Below the pieces are notes generated by a model. That model saw only the letters and a program-made list of their open reading frames with translations. It had not been told where the DNA came from and did not search any database. This document shows, piece after piece, positions 34,731 to 45,598 of a stretch of 49,109 bases of DNA. The stretch lies in assembly GCF_000315625.1 (NCBI RefSeq), contig NW_005434574.1, positions 138,037-187,145 on the forward strand, read 5' to 3'. Position numbers and translations under genes: made by a program. How positions within the stretch are numbered: position 1 is the stretch's first letter; every line of letters begins with the position of its first letter. The stretch is from Guillardia theta CCMP2712 (lineage: Eukaryota > Protista > Cryptophyta).

Positions 34731-37547
34731 ATGGCTGCAAAGCGTAAAGCAGATGCGAGGGCAGGAGGAGGGGCAGGAGGAGGGGCAGGAGGAGGGGCAG
34801 GAGGAGGAGGAGGAGGGAGGAACACGGGGAAAAAAGATGGGGATATCAAGCCGAAGGACATAACCAGATCGAAGAAGGCTTCCGAGCTCAGAAAAGTTGA
34901 GGAGGAGGACCCGACGGTAGAGGGCAGCGAAGAGGAGGAAGAGGATGGAGATGGGAGCTTGCCGATCAGAGACGTGAGCGAGGTAAAGAGACTGGAAGCA
35001 GAGATGAAAGAAAGCAAGAAGAACCTCAACAACGCCATGACCTTGATCGTCACCTGCGAGCGGATCATGAAGCAGAAGCTCGAGGGAGAGCAGCAAGCGG
35101 GAGCCTTGTTGAGCAGCAGTCTCCTCGCGCTGTGCAGATCCTGCTCACGTCTGATGGATACGGGAGATCTTGTGCCGCAAGGGGCTGGGCAAGACAGCAA
35201 GACTGCAAGCAGCGACGGGAAGGCAAATGGTGATGATAATGGAGAAGAGGAGAAGGGGGAGGGGAAGTCGGCAAGGGAAGTTTTCCACTCGTGGGTTCGT
35301 GGAGTGTACAGGAGGCTGGTGAAGAGGATCATTGCGTGTACGTCGCACCAGTCACCGTCCTTGCAAGCTCTTGGAATGCGAGCTGGGATGGGGCTGGTAG
35401 CAAGGGAGGCGGAGACGGCGATTAGGAATGGGTTACCGCCGCACTCGTTAACGGAAGGGCTCTTCCATGTGTTGCTGGGAAGCATGATCAGCAATGAGCA
35501 TCTGTCTTATGACGTTGTGCTGAAGTTCGAAGAGAACTACTTGGACAAGTATGGAGATGTCAGGTGCTACACGTGGCGAGCCATCGGGGCGTTTGTTCGC
35601 AGCAAGGTGCTGAAGCAGAGCGAGCAAGATGCGATTGCGAAGATGGACGTGTATGCTAAGAATATTCTGGACTTCCTCAATGCTTGCAAGGTCCCCGAGG
35701 CTGACGACAAGACGAAGGTAGTCTCCCTCCCGAGCCTGGTAGGAGAGAAGCCCAGGAAGGAGGAGGACGTGGGAGGAAAGAGGAAGCGGGGTCAGGCGTC
35801 AAAGTTGGATTTCTCGCACCTGTCCACGTTTTCTAAGTCCTTCTCCGATGCCTGGCTGAGTTTCATGCGCTGCCACCTCCCCGACTCGACTTTCAAGAAG
35901 ATCCTAGCTCGCCTCCACCTCCACATCCTCCCTCACCTCCACCAGCCCCTCCTGCTGGCAGATGTGCTTACAGAGTGTTATTCGCGAGGAGGGATAATCT
36001 CAGTCCTTGCCCTCCATGGCATCTTTCATCTGATCCAGGTGAGTGGGTCGTCATGTCTGTTAGAAGAGTTGTGTTCTTTTCTTGATGTTGTGGTTTTCTT
36101 GTTCATATTGGACTTTTTGTGTGTCCGAGTTTGTTAGTTTGACTTGTTGCTTTCTTGTCTGCAGAACAACAACTTGGAATACCCTGAATTCTACATCAAG
36201 CTGTATGCTTTGCTCGAACCGTCTATCTTCTATGTGAAATACAGGAATCTTGAAACATGTCTTCTTCTTGTAAAATGACGTGAAAGTGCAGGGCCAGAGT
36301 GTTGAGATTGACAGAAGATTGTCTTAAAACACCTCTTCTTCCTGCCTACGTCATCGCTGCTTTTGTAAAGAGGTGAGGAGAGGAGGAGCAAGAGGCGAAG
36401 GAGGAGCAGGAGGAGCAGATGCCGAGGAGAAGCAGGGAGCAGCAGCAGAGGAGGAGCAGGAGGAGCAGGAGGGTCACTGGAGCTGGACGGGAGGAGGAGG
36501 AGGAGGAGGAGGCGGGGGGCGACGAGCAGAGTAACGAGGAGCAGGATGATTAAGATTTCAATTTGTGCAGACTTGCTCGACTTGCATGTTGGAGTCCGAC
36601 AACAGGAGCTTCAATCGCTCTGCCGATGATCTACAACTTACTAAGGTCTGATCCTGCTGCTCCTACACCTGCTCCTGCACCTGCTCCTGCACCTGCACCT
36701 GCACCTGCTCCTGCTCCTGCCCCTGCTTCCCATGGTCATCTTTCCCCTTATCCTCTTCCCCCTCCTCCTACTTCATTCCTGCTCCAGCTTCACAACCTCC
36801 AGCTGTTGTTCTCGCTACACCTTTCCTTCCTCCTTCCCTCGCTCGCCCACTCCCCTTCCTTCCCCTTCCTCCTCCTCTTCTCCTCAATCTTGCTGCAGGA
36901 AGCACCAGACTTGTCTCTTCCTCGTTCAGAGCGTCGGGGATGCGAAGAAAGCAGAAGACGCAGAGGAAGAAGAAAACTCTCCTCCCTCTCCCCACAACTT
37001 CACCAACGATCCTTATGACGTCCACGAACCTGATCCCAGCAAATGCAAAGCGATGCAGTCTTCGTTGTGGGAATTGCAGGTGATAGAGAGGATGATGTTG
37101 ATGTTGATGTTGATGTTGATGTTGATGCTGATGCTGATGCTGATGTTGATGATGGAGATACAGATGATGGAGATGATGATGATGGGGATGAATTTCATGA
37201 TTATCATTTCGATTTCTTCTGACACCTCGGCAGTTGTTGAAGAGACATTTCGTCCCAGACGTCTCCAAACTTGCTGGTGCGGTTCAGCTTTACGAGAGAT
37301 GTCAATGTTGATATTGTTCACAGGAGTTTTTGATGATCCAATCACAAGGCAAAGGCCAGAGCTGTCACTCAGTGAAGTTNNNNNNNNNNNNNNNNNNNNN
37401 NNNNNNNNNNNNNNNNNNNNNNNNNNNNNNNNNNNNNNNNNNNNNNNNNNNNNNNNNNNNNNNNNNNNNNNNNNNNNNNTTTTTCGGGCTAGTCTCCTCC
37501 CCATGGTTTTATCATTACCCCCCCCCCTCCCCCTTTCTTTCCTACCC

Positions 37548-37606
<59 letters not shown>

Positions 37607-37960
37607 CCCTCCCCCCCCCCCCCCCCCCCCCTTCCGTCTCCTCCCCATTGTTCTGTTCTCCCCTCCCTTACCTCTCGCGCTCACTCCTCCCTCCCTCCCT
37701 CCCTCCCTCCCTCCCTCCCTTCCTCTCCCTCTCTTTCTCTCTCCTCCTCCCTCCCTCCCCCTCTCTGTCCTCTCTCTCTCTCCTTCTTCCTCCCTTACTC
37801 TCTCTGTCCTCTCTCATCGTCTCCTCAGGTCACTTATCGAGACATGATGGACAAGCACGCGAGCAAAAAGTCCAAGAACGCGATTCCTCTCACCTTCCAA
37901 GAGACAAGCTCCATGCTCGGGGACGATGCCGTGCTGCCCTCCTGCTTCGATCTGACATGA
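34731..37960 (+). CDS. NOC4: Nucleolar complex protein 4 homolog (CBF/Mak21 domain), multi-exon
   Basis: 'FSDAWLSF..ILPHLHQPLLLADVLTECY..GGIISVLALHGIFHLIQ|NNNLEYPEFYIKLYALL..LPAYVIAAFVKRLARL..MIYNLLRKH..DPYDVHEPDPSKCKAMQSSLWEL' is the NOC4/NOC4L signature; stop TGA 37958-60. Confidence 0.92.
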
Positions 37961-38067
37961 TACATGAATGAAGGATGAACATGAGATGATGGAGGTTTTC
38001 GATGTTGATCATTGTGATGGTAGCCTTGAAGACGATGATAGAGGAGATGATGGAGATGATGGAGTTG

Positions 38068-38118
<51 letters not shown>
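38068..38118. repeat. (AAC)n microsatellite between convergent 3' ends
   Basis: seen directly. Confidence 0.95.
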
Positions 38119-38121
<3 letters not shown>

Positions 38122-38165
38122 GCGGGGGCAACGATCAAGACTCTGCTCAGGGGATCTCCTGTCCT

Positions 38166-39411
38166 TTACTTTTTGAACGTCGTCGTCCTTGACAGAACCA
38201 CCACCACATCTTCTTTCCTCCACCGTCGCTTCCTCATCTTCTCAGGCGGGTTAACATTGGTGCAATTCTCCTCCTCCTCCTCGCTCATCTCCACTATGGA
38301 CTTGAACTCCTCCTCCTTCCTCTTGTACCCAACAAGCACATGCCCCTTGCTCAGTGCCCGGTCAGCCAGCTCCCAGAAGCTCATCTCCTCCTCCTCCTCC
38401 TCCTCCTCCTCCAGGTACTCCGTCACCGGCTTGATCGACAGCTCGTTCCCAGCTGGGGAAAGGAGCTCAGCAAGCACCGAGCTCATCTGCCCGTTCATGA
38501 GCAGCTGCCCCATAGCGCTGCTGACGATCCTGTTGGACATCACGTACCCCCGGCAGTCGAGCTCCCGCAGCAGCATGCGCGAGGAAGAAGCATGCAGCAT
38601 TTCGCAGATGATTCGATCTTTTCCCTCGTCCTCCCTGGGCCGTGAAAAGAAGCCCTGCTTCCCTGCCAGCAGCAAGCGGCGGATGTCACGGAGGAGGAGG
38701 AAGGAGGCGAGGGACCTCCCGTCTGCGCTCTTCTTCGATGAGCCTGTCTGCATCGCAAACTCATCCGCTAACACCATGATTGTGTCGAAGTGCAGCAGGT
38801 TTACAACCTGACCTGTCGGATCACCGAACATGTCAAGGCAGGAGAGGGAAGTGAGGTCTTTGCGGATGGTCGGGTTGCCGTACACGTGCTTGATCTTCAA
38901 GTTGACAAGCTGAAGGTTCTCCCGCTGACCGACGTCCTCCAGTAGCCCTCGTCGTTGGTAGACGGGGATGCTGCTCAGGAGCCAGAGCTCGCTGCCCTTG
39001 GGGACGATATGGTCGAGATGAGAGATCATATCTGCCAGGTCTCTTCTCCATCCGCAGAACAAAATCCTCTCTGGTTTTTCTTCACTCTCTTGGACTTCCG
39101 TGCTGATGACGACTTGGCTTGTTGAGCTTGCAGCTCACGGTAGAAAGAACCGTCGTTGACAGTGTAGGAGTCGTCGTCCCTTGCTATGGATAGAAGGACG
39201 TCAAACGATTGAGGACAGTGAAGTGAAAGTTTGATAACCATAAGTTGCCCGACTATGTCGTTGACGACCAGGATCTTTGAATCATTTGACGCGAGCGCGA
39301 CAATCTGCTTGTTATCAACGTCCTGCTCGATTGTCAACATTTCTCCTCCTCCTCCTCGTCCATCCTCCCTCTTCGTCCACCTCGTCCTGGCCCTCCTCAA
39401 TAGTCGTCACC

Positions 39412-39442
<31 letters not shown>

Positions 39443-41120
39443 TTTCTATTCTCTTCAATCTCTACAACATTCACATCACCTGAATCTCAACAACAACATT
39501 AGCGTTTCTCTTAGTCTTCCCCCTCAAAGCCAAGACCTGCGTCATCGACCGTCAAACTTCTTCCTCCTCCCCTTGTCAAACTCATTCACCGTACGAAGAG
39601 CGTCGGAATCAGCTTCGTTGACGTCCTGCTCGTCTCCAGCTAGCACGAGTATCGATTTCGCGTACTCGATCCGAACTTTCTCTAGCTCGCTGGCATACTG
39701 CGGATTCCCACTCCTGAATGTCACCTGCAACACAACAAATCACTTCTCCTCCTACGTTTACTTCTGGTGGTGGTGGTGGTGGTGGTGGTGGTGGTGGTGG
39801 TGGCGGCGGCGGCTTGCTGCCTGCTGCCTTCTGCTGCTCCATATCCTCCCTCTCGTTCTCTTTCTCGTCCTCCTCTCCTTCCATCCTCCTTCCCACCACC
39901 TCCCCGTGCCCGCCAACCAGCTCCTCCTCCTCTTCTCTCCTCACCTGCGATCCCCTGAGCTTCAGGTTCCAAGGGTCTGACATGGCAGTGTTGAGACACT
40001 CCTCCATCTCCTCCTTGGGCTTGTCAGCCAGCACGACGATCTCCCCCCTCCCTCGCTCTCCATCGCCATCGCCAGCTGCTCTATTACATCAAGACACTTC
40101 TCCGAGAACCCTAGGATCAGCACGTGATCGCGAGCGAAGATCCTGTTCTTTCCTTTCTTGAACTCATCTACCTTCTCCGAGACTGTCTCCGTGATCAGAC
40201 CTATCATGACAGCAAACACAAGCAGCCCAGCAACCGTGATCGACAGCGCGATCACCCGCTCCGAAGGGTTCTGAACATTAGCCTGAGTCCCAGGGTTTGC
40301 AACAAACGTCCAGGACTCCCACAGTGCTGTTCCGAAGTCCTCTCCTTGGAAGAGCACCAGGAGCAAGCTTCCGCCGAGGATGGCAAGCATGGTGATGTTC
40401 AGCAGGAGCATGAGCTTGGCGTAGGGGCTCGAGGACAGGAAGTAGTCCAACCTGTACAGCAAGAGCTCTGTAAAGGTAGAGTCTGTCCCCATTACTTTGT
40501 TCATGTCTAACATGAGCATCCGGCGGAAGAAAAGAACTGGAAAGAAAGAAGGCCCACGACTGAACCTAGAGGAACGAGAGGAGGAGTCGGATCGGGAGCG
40601 TCTTTCTTCCCATCTGAGAGAGTCTTTGACAGCTCCTCGACCTCCTTCTTCACCATCCTCGTCGTCTCCATCTCCTCCTCCAGACTCTGCTCCAGCCCGT
40701 CCGCCTCTGCTGTCGATCGCCCTGACGTCGACCCTCCTTGACCTTCTGCCTCCTCTCGGCAGGCTTGAAGAAGAATCCAGCGCAAGTCCCGACCACGAAG
40801 TAGAAGACAGCTGCGAGCATCTGCATGAACTCTCTCCTATCAAGATCCTTCTCCGTTCCCAGTGACGGCTGACCTGCCCTCCCCCGAGCCTCGCTGTCCC
40901 CCCTCCGCTCCAGCTTCGCATACTCCGGCTTTTCTTTCACACTGCGGGTAACCAGGAGCGGAGGGCCTGAGTGAGCTGGTTTCGTGACATGCCGGGCAAG
41001 ACTTTTGCGAAAGATGGCAGGGGGGACCAGACCCAAACAAGGCTGAACGTAGAAAGTGTACAGCAAGGCTATCAAAGTGAGTGAAACGAGTTCCTTCCAT
41101 GCGCGCTCCCTTTGTGCCAT
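38166..41120 (-). CDS. CASTOR/POLLUX (DMI1)-family cation channel with RCK domains and N-terminal signal peptide; apparent frameshift(s)
   Basis: 'YRLDYFLSSSPYAKLMLLL..ALWESWTFVANPGTQA..GLLVFAVMIGLITETVSEKVDEFKKGK..DHVLILGFSEK', 'RSGNP..ELEKV..AKSILVLA..EADSDALRT', 'CGWRRDLADMI..GSELWLL' and 'YVMSNRIVSSAMGQ..ELLSPAGNELSIKP..FWEL..VLVGY' all follow CASTOR/POLLUX. Confidence 0.88.
39765..39810. repeat. (GGT)n microsatellite, intronic
   Basis: seen directly. Confidence 0.95.
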
Positions 41121-41779
41121 GGCGCCTCGGAGCGGGCAGCAGCTCTGCTCAAGGTAGAGTCCAGCTCAGCTCGTTATGACTGTCTCAGAAGCATTCCTGG
41201 AGGAAAACTCTCGAGCACTGCGATCATATCATACCGAGTACCGACATGGTAGAAGGAGGCTAGGGTATTTTCAGCAACTCGGCCTATCGTCGCACAACGT
41301 CAGATCCACCGAATGTAAAGTTATCCATCTTTACTGCATCATCTTTCCCGTCCTCTTCTTCTCCCTTCTTCTTCCTTCATCCCTTGTCTACGGTTCTCCT
41401 CTCCATTCCTCCACTCGGCTCATCCTTTCCTCACCTCCTCCCCTCTCCCCATCCTTCCTCCTACCTTCTAGCTGTTCTGCCTTCCTCATACGCCCCCTGT
41501 TTCTCCCCCGCCTCTCCCTCCTCCTTTCTCTCCCCCTTCCCCCAAATGCCCTCCTCATCCCTTCCTCCTCCTCCTCCTTCAAACATCACTGCGGCCATTT
41601 TAGCAACTCCCAATTCTCGATACAGCCCTCGCTTTCTTCCGCTTCTTCCGCAAGCTCTCATGCCATCCATGAGCTCTGTCTTCACCCATCGTCTGATCTC
41701 TCACATACCTGCCCTCTCCTCCTCTCTCCTCTCCCTCCCTCCCTCCCTCCCTCTCCTCCTCCTCCACAAGCGCCTGGCC

Positions 41780-42240
41780 TCCGTACGGATCGGACATTTT
41801 TACATGTCTGCCCTGCCCGACCAGGCCCGGCGGCTGGTTTCCGAAGTTGCGGAACTCAGTGAGTCCGATCGGCGCGAGGCCGGGCCCGGCCGAGGTAAGC
41901 CCCGGGCACTGCGGTGATGGCAAAAGTCACTTGTTAGTAAGTCACTTGTTAGTTTCTCGCCGTTTGGCCTGTGCGACAGAGTGTCAGCTTAACTTTGAGT
42001 TACTTGAAAGGTCAAGCCTCCTCGACTCTCCTGATTGTATAGTACTCGTACTCTCCTGATTGTCCTCGTACTGACTGAGCATCGGGGCCGCTGTGCCGGC
42101 CGGGGAGGGGGCACTCAGGGCCTGCCAGCGGCCGCCGGCGACTCATCACTGCCCGGGCCGGCTGCGGCCCGCCCGGCCGGCCCGGCCCGGGCAGTACGGT
42201 ACACGCCTGTACGAAATACTGACTAGTAAAACCTTACGAA
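41780..42240. promoter_or_regulatory. GC-rich island between divergent genes
   Basis: CCGG-dense; GATCGGAC at 41788 and 41863 (reverse complement); duplicated aagtcacttgttagt near 41924/41939. Confidence 0.45.
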
Positions 42241-42269
42241 GTTCCGACTGCTGGAAGACGGGGAGCTTC

Positions 42270-45200
42270 ATGGAAGAGCGCGGTACCGTCTGCGTCCTCG
42301 TGCTCTCGCTAGCAGTGCTGGTAGGAGGAGGGAGAGGAGAGAGGGAGATGGGGATGAGAGCTTGGACAGCGACAGAGGAAGCGCGCATGCCTCCTATGGC
42401 AGGACGAGTCTTGTCGGGGGGTTTCAGAGCTGCGATCCACGGGGGTTGGCTGGCAGGGGGGGCCCTGCTGCTGAAGGAGGAGAGAATATTGCGACTGAGA
42501 GGTGGGAAGGAGGAGGAGGAGGAGGAGGAGGAGGGTCGAGGGAGGAAGGGACTGAGAGTGTCATCTCCGCGCAAGAAGGCCAGGAATGCAGGAAAATCGT
42601 CAGGACGAGAGGTCGTGGCTGAGAAAGTCGCACCACAGGGGATATCGTGCGATGTGATGCTTCTTTGAAAGTGTTGTTGATGTTTGCTGATGGTTGTTTT
42701 TGCAGGACATGTTCTTGAGCGCTCCGATCATGGATGATCTTGTAGAGCAGATGGGCAAACTTACTTTCTCCTTTAGGGTCAACGACAAGGCTGAGGTGAA
42801 TGAACATGTTGATGATAGTGATTGAGAGTTTGATGTGTGCAAGGTGTTCCAAGCAAACATCACTGAGGATTTCAATGAGACGTTTGTCCAGAAAATGCTT
42901 GACAGCACAAACTGTGTAAACCCAGACAACGAGGATGAAGTGAAAATCGTCGAATCGTTGGACGTCTTTGTTTTCAGATCTGGCTGTTTCCGGTTATGTT
43001 CGAGGGGAGGATCATTCCGTGAAGATTGTTCCAAGTTACAACATGAGAGCATACAGGCGTTGAAATCTACTGAGATCCTACTCTTCATCTCGGTCTCGGA
43101 GAACCTCACAGAAAAAGATGGAGAGACTAGTTTCAAAGTCTTTTCCTGTGATTCGGAGGGAAATGCGAAAGATGTCGGTAAGATTTGAATGATTCGCCCG
43201 GGTTTTCCTGATAATTTTGATTTCTTATCAAGTATTTCAACGCGTCCCGCAATCAGGGATGGCGATTTTCCTTGCAAACTCTTCAAGAATGTTCTGGGAA
43301 ATGTCAGAAATCCCTGGTGCTGTTGAGAGACGAGTATCAACACAACCCACGGCTGTTGTAGAGGATAACACGAAAGGAATTCTTGTTGCGCATGCAGTGA
43401 TAAGACATTCTGCCAAGGAAGATCGTTTGAGATCCATCAGAGATGAGATAAGAAATGTATCCGGGCATTCGCACCAAGACATGTCATGTCAGGTCGACAC
43501 TGTTCAGGATTGTTCAAAAGAACTTGAAAAGTTTGTTCATCCCTCATACTTGGCTGCAAACAGTCAGACGAATATCAAGAAATTGTGAGAAGAAACGAGA
43601 TGTTCTGATTACATCTGATCATTGAACAGTTTTGCGAGAGATTCTGCTGTTCAGTTGCATGACTTCCTGACAACTTCACTGTATGACGAAATATGGAAGG
43701 TGAACAAGAAAGTATGAGAAAATACCTGTAAAGTTTCCACAAGGGATGGGAGCTTCTACCTTGGAGAAAAGCAGGTCCGAGGAATAAGAAGAATCATCAT
43801 CAGATAGACAACGAAGAATTGCAAGGAATGTTGATGTCGAAAGAGGTAAAACTGACGTCTTGCTTGACTGTCTCTGTGCTTGTTCTCTTCTACTTCTGCT
43901 CTTTCGATTTCTCTCCAGCCCCCGTTGTCTTGTATGTAATCGTTCCCATTATCTGCTATGCGATGAATAAGATGAAAATGATACTGAAAATACAGGTTAT
44001 TGGATCATCGGATGGAAAGAATGGTCAGGATATTGAGATCCGTGCTCTCATTCGAACGTTTGCTTCTCAAGATTTCCGTCAATTTCTGCAAGTGAAACAA
44101 TTTTCTTTGGCATGTTTCCATCTTTTAAACCTCACTTTTCCTTAAGAACATCACAGGAACTCGACTGGAGAAGAAATTTGGTACATATACTACAATTGAA
44201 TGCGATCCGATATCTTCCTCTCTCATCCCAGAATTTTTATTCAGACGTGTTGAATGTGAGACGATTCGGTCAGGGTTGTTATGCGATGAACCATCCGTCC
44301 GATGACAGTAAGAAACTTTGAAATTTCTCTGTGTTTGTCGATTCTGTTCACGATTGTCAGGCAATGCTGTCGGTGTATTGGAAGTTGTATTCGTATCGGC
44401 TGATCGAGGCAGAACAAGTTCAACTCAAGGAGGCTATGATTACAAGGTGAAACATTACACAAGACAGAATTCTCATTTGCTAGTATCGAAAACCTTCAAA
44501 ACATGTTGCTCCTGGCTTCTCCATCCTCTTTAACACTTGTTTCACCGCTCGACTTCATTCAGTTCTTTCTGTTCTTCTCTCCCGCTTATCATCTTTTCAG
44601 GGTTGGCTACAAGGACATGGTGGAGATTTAATCTACACGACCAAAGACGTGGAAGAGACAAACATCTTTGAATCAGAGATTGAAGTTTGCAGCATCCCGC
44701 CACATGGAAATACTCTCTCAGTCGTGATGATGGAGGTGATCGTGCAGTCTCCTCCTTCTCTTCCATCTCCTCCTCTCCTTCATCTCCTCCTCCTCCGTCT
44801 CTTTCTCCTGCTCCTCCTGCTCCTCCTGCTCCTCCTGCTCCTCCTGCTCCTCCTCAATATCTTACTTCTCCATCTAGTTCCCAACCTTCCTCCTGCTGTC
44901 ACTGCACGTCTTTCCTCATCTTTCATATCCTCTTGCCTTCACTTCTGCTGTCGATCCTCATCCTCTGTCCTCGTCCTCTGTCCTCACACAGACCGAGCAG
45001 GAGGCATCACAAGCCAGCAGTCACGTCCGCTACATCAACCAGATGGCAGGGGACAAGTGTCGGCACGATATCCTTGTGCGCTACAAGATCGTTGAGTCGG
45101 GGGACGAGATGAGCTTCGAGTCGAGCGAGGACAGGGAGATCGAGTCAGGTGCTGACGACTCGTTTCGAACTCATCACATCTCTGCTTCCTCTCTCACTTC

Positions 45201-45522
45201 CTGTGATCTCATCGTTGCACCTGTTCTCTTTCCTTCCATCTTGTTTTGTCTCAGTCTTTTCCTTCCCATCTTTCCTTGCCTCCATCATCTCCTTCTCTCC
45301 CTTCTTCCCACGTCCTCCCCTACTCCTCTCCTACCCTCTCTCACTTCTTCTCTTCCATTTTCCTCCACAGTCTTCTCCCATTCCATACCTGAAGCTTGTC
45401 CTGACTGCATTCTCTTCGAATCTCATTTCTGCAGAAGAAGAATCTTTTGTGCCTGAAGATGCAACTATTGTTCACTTCCGCCCTGCTCTCGACGGTTCTC
45501 ACAACATAACTCGATCGAGTTA
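42270..45522 (+). CDS. Hypothetical multi-exon protein with signal peptide and LRLRGG presequence motif
   Basis: ATG 42270 'MEERGTVCVLVLSLAVLVGG..ERILRLRGG'. A chain of plus-strand exons with GT-AG boundaries (e.g. 42845-43177, 44601-44735, 44992-45148) ends '..LDGSHNITRSS*'. No domain recognised. Confidence 0.55.
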
Positions 45523-45598
45523 AGACCGACAAGGAGCATGAAACTCACTTCTGAAACATGACTGCAAACGTTTCTTGCAAACACACACGAGCAACCCT

